The position numbers and the translations under genes were made by a program. DNA of 41,480 nt from a virus, in IMG/VR virus record IMGVR_UViG_3300044556_000129. One strand, given 5' to 3'. The notes under the pieces were generated by a model. That model did not search any database. It had not been told where the DNA came from and worked only from the letters and a program-made list of their open reading frames with translations. Shown here in pieces: positions 5,716-12,748 of the stretch. The first letter of the stretch is position 1, and every line of letters starts with the position of its first letter.

Positions 5716-5868
5716 AAGGCTCCTTTCGTAGACTAAAGGAAATCTTAGTAGACTTGAGATATGAAAGAATAGTAAAGAATCTTTAAGAATCTCTTTCTTT
5801 GATTTATCATCATCATCAACAATCATCATTAAAGAATCTCTAGTCCCATATATGTCCGAATAATAAAT

Positions 5869-5902
5869 ATGAGGTTCTAGCCATCATCGGCTAGAACCTC
5901 AT
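5869..5902. other. Perfect 14-bp stem hairpin (6-nt loop) in the terminase-distal non-coding region
   Basis: atgaggttctagcc-atcatc-ggctagaacctcat. Confidence 0.8.
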
Positions 5903-5938
5903 AGATTCTATTAGATACTATATATACTTTTCGTCCCC

Positions 5939-5961
5939 TTTCTTCAGTACGTGGCACAATT
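5939..5961 (-). promoter_or_regulatory. Phage RNAP promoter-like element P2
   Basis: Minus strand reads AATTGTGCCACGTACTGAAGAAA. Confidence 0.55.
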
Positions 5962-5971
5962 CTTTTTTTTG

Positions 5972-5990
5972 TTAATATGTGGCACAATTA
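5972..5990 (-). promoter_or_regulatory. Degenerate phage promoter-like element P3
   Basis: Minus strand reads TAATTGTGCCACATATTAA. It lacks the GAAGAAA initiation region. Confidence 0.35.
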
Positions 5991-5998
5991 ATTTTGCA

Positions 5999-7696
5999 TT
6001 AATCATATCTAAGCTCCCTTAGAGCCTTTACGCACTTATGATTATGCGAACTATTTGTATAATTAGGCAATACAGATTCATTCAGCCAATCTTCAAGCTG
6101 TTCTGCTGTCAGCTCTGTAAGTTGACTGTCTTCATCTACATCCATTCGTTCCATGAAGTAAGACACACCAATTGTCAAGGCATCAAGTCTATCATCATGA
6201 CTCAAGGCATTTTTATCACGGCATAGGCGCGTCATCTGATAAATCAATGAGTAATGATAGTCTTGTTGAAAGACTTTAAAGTCCTGTTCGACAACAGGGC
6301 GATTAACAATTAATTTATGCCGCATCATAACAGGTTCTAGTGTGTCTATCATGCGTAGTTCCTTTTGCCCTCTATTGGTGACAGGCTCAATACCACAAGG
6401 ATGTATTCTGTTGAATATAGGGGTCATAAGTTTTGTGAACATCCCATCCCCAAAGTTATCTTCTGGAACTACAATATCAACATCCCAGAATTTCGCCCTA
6501 TTCGCCATCTGAGTGAGTGTTAAGTCTGAGTAACCTTCTTTAAAGCCCCCTACATCCATAAGGAACAAATAGCCATTCAGGTATTTTAAAATAGCATAGA
6601 CTGTTTCATCCTTCCCGCGCCCTGAGGGGTCTATAGCCATTACTGTTGTCTGATAAGGCATTGTTTCGGGACTACGAGATAATTCACTATAATAATAGTC
6701 ACCTGCCATAGCAGTACAAGGAATATCAGACAAAAGCTGTTCACGCCCTTTAGCCCACGCCCATTTAAGGCTACTCTCTTTCATGTCAAGATTTGTAATA
6801 ATCAAGTCAGAGACTTTCAACGGATATTTTTCCGCATCAGACAAGCGAGTATTGAGCATGTATTGAAGTGCAAACCCAGCTTTCCCATAAGACAAGGAAC
6901 GCTTCGCTATTTCTTCTTCATTGAAACGTAAAGGGTCTGTAGGTTTCCCTTCAAGACTAGGATCTGCTTTCAGCTTATTCCAAATAGAGGGAGCGAGGGA
7001 GTCACCATAATTATCTTCTACCCTTGATAATTGAGGATATAATACAGGCCAAATACGGGCAATATATCCACGGTCTTGTAAGGTGTTGTACAGACTAGAT
7101 TCTGTCTGTGGTGTCCCTAGATATATGATTTGACCATTTGGCTTTAGGATTGCGTCAAATTCTTTGACGGCTTCTGAAAGCTTATCACGCTGTTGTTGTG
7201 TTGCGGAGTTCTTAGGGACTTCTACGTCATCTGCGATAAGAATATCCGCACGTGTCCCTGTAATCTGCCCTGTGATACCAATAGACTTTACAGACGGAGA
7301 AATATCAGGGACAACACCTCCCACATCAAAAATGTTCTGTGTGTCTAACTGCCCCTTGTCCGCTATCATGTCAGACAGGAAAGGGAGTGTCTGAATGATA
7401 CGCTTAATAAAGCGAGCATTCGCATCTGCTCTGTCCCCCGAAGCAGACACAATCAAAATCTTTAGCTGCCTTTCCTTCCACAATCTCCACACCACATAAG
7501 CGCACGTTAAGAATGACTTTGCCACCCCACGGAACCCCTCAAGAATGATACGGTCTTTAGGGGGGTTCTGTAGATAGTTTGCAATGTCAATCTGAATGGG
7601 TGTCGGCTGTGGAAGGTCAATAGACCGCCATACAATATAGACAAATGCCCAAAAATGCTCACGTGCCTTCTGTACATCCGCTTCACTCCACTTCAA
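5999..7696 (-). CDS. Terminase large subunit (T7 gp19-like)
   Basis: [19 protein letters not shown]...[24 protein letters not shown]...[29 protein letters not shown] aligns with T7 gp19 FRGIGKSFITCAFVVWSLW...[24 protein letters not shown]. The track start is TTG. Confidence 0.93.
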   Translation of the reverse strand: [565 protein letters not shown]

Positions 7697-7700
7697 ACTA

Positions 7701-7940
7701 TCAACCTTCTTTCAAAAGTTCCATGAAGTCAGGAATCTTAGAAGCTTCCTGTTTGACTTCTTTTACGCCTTCAATCGCAACAGTGGTGTTGAAATCATTG
7801 TCTTTTAAGAACTGGCGTACCTTCGCGAGAAAGGCAGGATTTTTACGCTGTTCCTCATTCTCAAGTCCTTCTAAGAGGGCCTGTACTTCTTCAGTTGCCA
7901 AGCGGTCAATCAGTTCCTGTGGAATGTTAAAATTAGCCAT
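7701..7940 (-). CDS. Small terminase subunit (T7 gp18-like)
   Basis: 79 aa, located directly upstream of TerL. The helical acidic pattern resembles T7 gp18 (LLEGLENEEQRKNPAFLAKVRQFLKDNDF versus LADLSDHERRSPQLYNAISKLLDRHKF). Confidence 0.6.
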   Translation of the reverse strand: MANFNIPQELIDRLATEEVQALLEGLENEEQRKNPAFLAKVRQFLKDNDFNTTVAIEGVKEVKQEASKIPDFMELLKEG

Positions 7941-7946
7941 ATATCA

Positions 7947-8399
7947 TCATCCTCTCTCCATACTACATACTTTTAAATCTTTGTGTGTCTTCCCGAATAT
8001 AATAATAGCACTAGGGAAAGGCGCACTATTCTTACTGTTTCCAAACTTCAAACGCCCTTTGATGAAGCGAATTTCATCCGCTTTCATTGCATAGTCATGC
8101 CACCATTTTGTGTCTGTGCGTGAAGGTACAAGACAGACAACTGTTGTCTTTGCTTCCATAGCTTTCTTCATCCATGCCCCTATTTTTTTTCCGTATGGTG
8201 GGTTCATCCAACAGACACCCTGCCAATCATGGGATAAACCATCGTCAAGGGGTGAAAAGAACTTAGAGCATTTCGCATTTTCAGGTGTGGCACATACATC
8301 TATATCAAAATGAAACTCATCATTCAATCGATTAAATAAATCCTGTGGTGTCTCCCATACTTCACTCTCACTACTATACAAAACACTATTAATAGTCAT
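7947..8399 (-). CDS. Phage Dam-type DNA N6-adenine methyltransferase
   Basis: EVWETPQDLFNRLNDEFHFDIDVCATPENAKC...CWMNPPYG (NPPY catalytic motif). Confidence 0.88.
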   Translation of the reverse strand: MTINSVLYSSESEVWETPQDLFNRLNDEFHFDIDVCATPENAKCSKFFSPLDDGLSHDWQGVCWMNPPYGKKIGAWMKKAMEAKTTVVCLVPSRTDTKWWHDYAMKADEIRFIKGRLKFGNSKNSAPFPSAIIIFGKTHKDLKVCSMERG

Positions 8400-8434
8400 A
8401 TATCCTAACCCCTTTGCGAATTTAAAAATAATAA

Positions 8435-8471
8435 AAGGCTCCCATAGGTAATCACACCTAACAGGAGCCTT
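8435..8471 (-). terminator. Intrinsic terminator
   Basis: Minus strand: AAGGCTCC-21 nt-GGAGCCTT followed by TTTTATTATTTTT. Confidence 0.6.
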
Positions 8472-8498
8472 TGTTCTTGAATCATCACCACAGTCGTC

Positions 8499-8699
8499 CT
8501 AGGGAATAATTTTCACGTTATCCTTGTTTCTCTTTATATATCTTTTGGGATTGCACCCGAATCGATACGGAAACAGCGAACATTTATCCATTATACATTT
8601 ACGTACTTCTGCTGTGTCTCCACAACAACAATCTATACATTTCTCACGGATTGCCTTAGCCATTGATGGTTTCTCTACATTTTTCATACGTACTTTCAT
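8499..8699 (-). CDS. Small Cys-rich (zinc-binding?) protein
   Basis: 66 aa containing CIDCCCGDTAEVRKCIMDKC. RBS GAGGAG. Confidence 0.5.
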   Translation of the reverse strand: MKVRMKNVEKPSMAKAIREKCIDCCCGDTAEVRKCIMDKCSLFPYRFGCNPKRYIKRNKDNVKIIP

Positions 8700-8789
8700 G
8701 TTTTTTCTCCTCTATCACGTTCCAATGGCGTTTTTAGACACATATCATTGTCCTTAGGATAAATTACCCATGGGCAAAAATAACTTTTC

Positions 8790-9236
8790 TTATTTCACAA
8801 CTATACCAATTAGGAGACCCCCTGCAACAGACCACGCCAATTTATTTTGTCGTTCCTTCACTGCCAGTTTGTGCTTCAGGGAGTCCATTTGCTCTGTCAA
8901 CGTCTTTAAAGATGTCTCTACTTCTTTTAATAAGTTCTCTGCTTTCTCTGAGCTTTTCTGTGCTAACAGCATTTGACTCTTGCAGGTCTCCAATTCGTTC
9001 TTCAGCTCTAGTAACTGCTTTTTGTCCGTACTGGAGTTCTGTTCTAATATCTGCAAGTTCATCTCCAAGCTGTCTATGTTCATCTTCAATTCGTTGTATT
9101 GTGATAATGTCATTGTGATTGTCTGCTGATTTGTATGTGGATAGGTAGCTGTAGATGCAAAAGAGACAGAATACAGCGAGGAAACCAATAATGCAGACAG
9201 CAACAATCTTTTCAGCATATTTGATTTTGTCATCAT
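8790..9236 (-). CDS. Lysis-cassette membrane/coiled-coil protein (N-terminal signal or anchor, heptad coiled coil, C-terminal TM); spanin-like
   Basis: 148 aa: MLKRLLLSALLVSSLYSVSFA..., long Leu heptads, C-terminal LAWSVAGGLLIGIVV. Its Arg codon usage fits the genome better than that of the overlapping frame. Confidence 0.5.
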   Translation of the reverse strand: MMTKSNMLKRLLLSALLVSSLYSVSFASTATYPHTNQQTITMTLSQYNELKMNIDSLEMNLQILEQNSSTDKKQLLELKNELETCKSQMLLAQKSSEKAENLLKEVETSLKTLTEQMDSLKHKLAVKERQNKLAWSVAGGLLIGIVVK

Positions 9237-9240
9237 TCAT
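8842..9240 (-). CDS. Alternative overlapping ORF (132 aa; N-terminal TM plus charged coiled coil, Rz/i-spanin-like)
   Basis: ATG abuts the endolysin stop (TAAATG), with GAGGAG 6 nt upstream. Ten of its Arg codons are AGA or CGA and none is CGT, whereas CGT dominates in TerL. Confidence 0.35.
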   Translation of the reverse strand: MNDDKIKYAEKIVAVCIIGFLAVFCLFCIYSYLSTYKSADNHNDIITIQRIEDEHRQLGDELADIRTELQYGQKAVTRAEERIGDLQESNAVSTEKLRESRELIKRSRDIFKDVDRANGLPEAQTGSEGTTK

Positions 9241-9834
9241 TTACAGCTCCTCGTACCATTCATTCATATCAACATTTGTGTCCCCGATATATTCCTTATC
9301 ACTCCACTGCCAACCTGCTACATGCTTATCAGGATACGTCTGAGCAAAACCATTGTATCCACGGTAATCTGCAATCCAATAGGGGACGTAATCAGCAAGC
9401 AAGTGAGGCCGAATAGAGTTTGTCATGTAATCTGTACATTTCAGCGTGGAAGTGTAAATACCGGCACTGTAGCCTGCTTCATTACAAGTGACAATAAAAG
9501 CGGAGCAGACAGCCGTTGTGTCTACGCCATCTTCAAAACATTCATCCGCTTCACAGTCAAACCAAATTCCCATAGGGGGTACATCAGCACCGAGCAAGTC
9601 CAAAACTGTCTGTGCTTCTTCCTTTGCTCTTTCTGGTGTCTTAGCGTGGGAGAAGCAGTAGACACCCCAAGGGATACCCCGTGTCTTACATTCCTCTACG
9701 TGGCGGATCCATGTGTCTTCTTCTGTACAACCTTCCGAGATTTTAACAATGACACCTTGTACGCCAGCGGCTTCCACGGCGTCATAATCAATATCTTTCT
9801 GATAATAGGAAACATCAATTACTTTACTAGTCAT
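9241..9834 (-). CDS. GH25 muramidase endolysin
   Basis: The N-terminus KVIDVSYYQKDIDYDAVEAAGVQGVIVKISEG is the GH25 (Glyco_hydro_25) signature. Confidence 0.88.
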   Translation of the reverse strand: MTSKVIDVSYYQKDIDYDAVEAAGVQGVIVKISEGCTEEDTWIRHVEECKTRGIPWGVYCFSHAKTPERAKEEAQTVLDLLGADVPPMGIWFDCEADECFEDGVDTTAVCSAFIVTCNEAGYSAGIYTSTLKCTDYMTNSIRPHLLADYVPYWIADYRGYNGFAQTYPDKHVAGWQWSDKEYIGDTNVDMNEWYEEL

Positions 9835-10294
9835 CTAACTTATCCACCTTCTTCTCATGTGCAATCTGTGCTAATGCACCTCGAATAAAACTAGGGATAT
9901 ACTGACCATAACCCATACGATCAATATTTTCCACAATACTTAAAGCTTCCACAATTGCGAAGGCCCCAATAAAAAGCGTCCGTACCATATGAGTGTGCAT
10001 AGCAGTATCTAATAAGACACCCAGCCCAATGATAAGGAACATTGTGGCTTTTTTGTATAGGCCGTGTGTAGCAATCGAACTTGCGAAAGCATGGAGTTTA
10101 AAGGAAGCCCAAAGGCCCGTGAGAATATCACAGGCCACAAGGACAACCAAGGCATTAATCTGCTCATCCACGCCACCCACAAGCTGATTGAAACACAACC
10201 AAGCAATAGAAAAAAGACAGCCAATCTTTACCTCTGTGGCTGTCCATAAATTCCATAATGTGTTAACCATTTTGTGTAATGTACCTCGTTTCAT
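9827..10294 (-). CDS. Holin (Firmicute toxin-secretion/phage-lysis holin family, Phage_holin_4_1-like)
   Basis: Three TM segments, with ...ACDILTGLWASF...GLYKKATMFLIIGLGVLLD...AFAIVEALSIVENIDRMG. Confidence 0.75.
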   Translation of the reverse strand: MKRGTLHKMVNTLWNLWTATEVKIGCLFSIAWLCFNQLVGGVDEQINALVVLVACDILTGLWASFKLHAFASSIATHGLYKKATMFLIIGLGVLLDTAMHTHMVRTLFIGAFAIVEALSIVENIDRMGYGQYIPSFIRGALAQIAHEKKVDKLDD

Positions 10295-10512
10295 TTTTCA
10301 TCTTCCTTTATCTGTTCCTTTAAGGTAGCATGAGAAATACGGGCATCAAGAACATCAATGTACTTTTCTGTGAGGTCAATCTGTGCTTTCATTAAATATA
10401 CCTCTGTGTCTTCTAAACCACCAAATTCATGTTTCAAAGTGTCTGTCAGCTCATCCCATACTTTATCAAGGGAGTTTCTCAAGTCTATCATGTCATAAAT
10501 ATAATCTTTCAT
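10291..10512 (-). CDS. Hypothetical acidic helical protein
   Basis: 73-aa ATG ORF with RBS GGAG, translationally coupled to its neighbours. Confidence 0.5.
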   Translation of the reverse strand: MKDYIYDMIDLRNSLDKVWDELTDTLKHEFGGLEDTEVYLMKAQIDLTEKYIDVLDARISHATLKEQIKEDEK

Positions 10513-10516
10513 CCTT

Positions 10517-10678
10517 TTAATCTCCTTTCTTCCCTACGCAATTACCTTCGGTGTCAATCATCCACCCCATATCATCAAGTACCTTATCAATATCTTCTTT
10601 GTACTTAGGGAACCTTGAAATAATGTTGTTATACATAAGTTTATGTAAGATAATCTGATATGATAAGTATTTAGCCAT
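10517..10678 (-). CDS. Hypothetical 53-aa protein (below the ORF-track cutoff)
   Basis: Hand translation: MAKYLSYQIILHKLMYNNIISRFPKYKEDIDKVLDDMGWMIDTEGNCVGKKGD. The ATG overlaps the upstream stop (ATGGCTAA). Confidence 0.45.
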   Translation of the reverse strand: MAKYLSYQIILHKLMYNNIISRFPKYKEDIDKVLDDMGWMIDTEGNCVGKKGD

Positions 10679-11012
10679 CCGTAGCCACTCCTTCCATTAA
10701 GGTATTGACAGCATCCTCAAGAACTGCAATCCGTTCAGACAAAGAGGGTATCTGTGTTGTGCTTTCTGGAACCTGCGAAATTTCAGGTTCTTTCGGTTTT
10801 TCAACTTCTTTAAGAATCCACTGCATACCATCCCAGATACATTTGTGGTCTTCTGGAATTTCAGGGGGTGTTATTTCTACCATGTTGCAAGGAATCTGCC
10901 AAGCACCACTGATAGGACTACGGTCTGTGTGGTCGAGTGTCTTATGCCCTTCATACTCCCCTGTTAAGAGATTAAAGGCATATACTAATTTTGTGTCTTC
11001 CATTATATTCAT
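10671..11012 (-). CDS. Tail fibre assembly protein-like
   Basis: Directly downstream of the tail fibre gene. The N-terminus LVYAFNLLTGEYEGHKTLDHTDRSPISGAWQIPCNMVEITPPEIPEDHKCIWDGMQW fits the Caudo_TAP pattern. Confidence 0.5.
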   Translation of the reverse strand: MNIMEDTKLVYAFNLLTGEYEGHKTLDHTDRSPISGAWQIPCNMVEITPPEIPEDHKCIWDGMQWILKEVEKPKEPEISQVPESTTQIPSLSERIAVLEDAVNTLMEGVATDG

Positions 11013-11018
11013 CTCTCC

Positions 11019-12734
11019 TTAATATCTAATAATGGGTATAATGTTAATCGCAGGTGGCTGTACTGTGGTGGAACCCCCATATATACTGTTCCAACGAGAA
11101 GCCATAAAACCAATTTTATCCGGGACGGTAACGACATTAACAGTAAAAGTACCCCCGTTTAAAGAAACTACGTTGTGAGTAATACTACTTTTATACATGC
11201 TACCGGATGCATCACCTGCCGCCTGACTGTTGTCATTTCTACCTACATTATCTGCAAATGAAAAGTCACCAAGAATGTCTGGCAATCCAGCATTTCTTTT
11301 AGCACCTATACTGCCATCAGCGTACTGTATCATGCGCTCCCGATAATCAGGAAGTACAAAGGTACTGTTCCCATCCCCTTTACCGAACAACCCTGCATTA
11401 TTCGCTGTGTCATCCGTCCATAAATTATTACTGTCTATAAACTGTACGAGTCTTGGATAATCTGCCCTCTGTACCGTAGCCCCATTGGCTTTAATGTACC
11501 CTTTTGGTAAAAACAGACTCCCTCGGACACACCCTACAGGTGTCATATCCCGTATATCATCGACAATCCAAGTTACTGTGCCATCACTAATTAGCACCCC
11601 ACCATTAGACACTGTAGTAATAGAGGAGGGTACTGTGTCTGCCGTTGTACCTGCTGTGACACATTCCAGCCTTGCCCATGAAGGAAGGTAAGAAGAATAT
11701 GCAATGTCACCAATAGCGTATTCCTTATTGCGTTTCAACATATTGAAGTCCATTGCGTTCTCTGTAGCTACCCTTGCACTCTCAGCGGCGTTCTGTTCAG
11801 ACACACGAGCGGCATTTTCAGAAGCCTTAGATTTAGTTTCCGAGGACTTAGCATTAATTTCAGAAGTCTTTGCATTAGCTTCCGACGTAGCCGCTTTCGT
11901 TTCCGAGGTTTTCGCATTGGTTTCAGAAGACCTTGCGTTTGTCTCCGAGGTCTTAGCGTTCGTTGCAGACGTTGTCGCTTCCTGTGCCTTTGCCTTACTA
12001 TACAATGCCCAACTACGACTACTCTGTGTCCTTCCTGTCGTGCTGTCCATATCCGCTTCCCCATCAGGAGACTCCGTAGCCTCTGCCCACTCCTTCGCCT
12101 TTTGATGAGAGATTTCGGAGTTGATTTCAGAAGTATGTGCATTTGTCTCCGAGGTCTTAGCGTCTTCCTGAGAAGCCTTTGCGGCGGACGCTTGCTTCGT
12201 TGCTTCCTGTACCAAGATTGTATTGGCCGCTACAAATCCACCTTGCACATTTTCCATATAGTGCTTCGTTACAGCATCTTGTGGGTCTTTAGGGTCATTT
12301 ACATTAACGACACGATGATTCAAAGCATCCCATAAAACTTCTTTTGTATCACTATCAGTCTTTGTATTAATAGAGTGTGCTTGAATGTAATCTTGCTGTT
12401 CTTCCTGTAAGTGTAACATCTGTACATCTTCGGTGTTCATATCTCTTGCAAGCAAAATAGAACCATCATTCCATGTAATAATTTTATCAGTAGTTGTTTG
12501 TCGATAAATAATAAGATGTTCTCCCACTTTTGCAGGATTTGTAAGCGTTAAGGATAAATCATTTACTACATAATCTACCCCATAGTTTAATGAGGTGATA
12601 GAGCTATCATCATGAAGAACATCCACTTTTATAAACTTCTTACGGAGATAAGAGAACGGAAAAGTATAGAGAAGTTGTGTACCATCTGTTACTTCATATT
12701 CTACACGGGCTTTAAACCCCTGCATTTCTGCCAC
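11019..12734 (-). CDS. Tail fibre (T7 gp17-like N-terminal adaptor domain, repeat shaft, divergent C-terminal receptor domain)
   Basis: FPFSYLRKKFIKVDVL...YRQTTTDKIITWNDGSILLARDMNTEDVQMLHLQEE aligns with T7 gp17 IPFEYLARKFVVVTL...[36 protein letters not shown]. Confidence 0.88.
   Translation of the reverse strand: MAEMQGFKARVEYEVTDGTQLLYTFPFSYLRKKFIKVDVLHDDSSITSLNYGVDYVVNDLSLTLTNPAKVGEHLIIYRQTTTDKIITWNDGSILLARDMNTEDVQMLHLQEEQQDYIQAHSINTKTDSDTKEVLWDALNHRVVNVNDPKDPQDAVTKHYMENVQGGFVAANTILVQEATKQASAAKASQEDAKTSETNAHTSEINSEISHQKAKEWAEATESPDGEADMDSTTGRTQSSRSWALYSKAKAQEATTSATNAKTSETNARSSETNAKTSETKAATSEANAKTSEINAKSSETKSKASENAARVSEQNAAESARVATENAMDFNMLKRNKEYAIGDIAYSSYLPSWARLECVTAGTTADTVPSSITTVSNGGVLISDGTVTWIVDDIRDMTPVGCVRGSLFLPKGYIKANGATVQRADYPRLVQFIDSNNLWTDDTANNAGLFGKGDGNSTFVLPDYRERMIQYADGSIGAKRNAGLPDILGDFSFADNVGRNDNSQAAGDASGSMYKSSITHNVVSLNGGTFTVNVVTVPDKIGFMASRWNSIYGGSTTVQPPAINIIPIIRY
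11780..11985. repeat. About nine imperfect 21-bp tandem repeats encoding heptapeptides (S/T)SE(T/I)NA(K/R)
   Basis: Protein stretch TSATNAKTSETNARSSETNAKTSETKAATSEANAKTSEINAKSSETKSKASENAARVSEQNAAESARVATENA. Boundaries are approximate. Confidence 0.75.
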
Positions 12735-12748
12735 TAGTAATCACTCCT

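Noticed and set aside
8288-8296. A partial promoter-family match (GTGGCACAT) inside the dam gene
   Set aside because: Only about 8 nt match, the flanks do not fit the 23-nt consensus, and the site is within coding sequence.
9322-9888. Long plus-strand ORFs antisense to minus-strand genes (also 31456-32025, 11704-12105, 14388-14843, 22380-22790, 7645-8094 and others)
   Set aside because: They overlap genes with clear T7 homology on the other strand, lack RBSs, and have low-complexity or Cys/Ser/Leu-rich translations typical of shadow ORFs.
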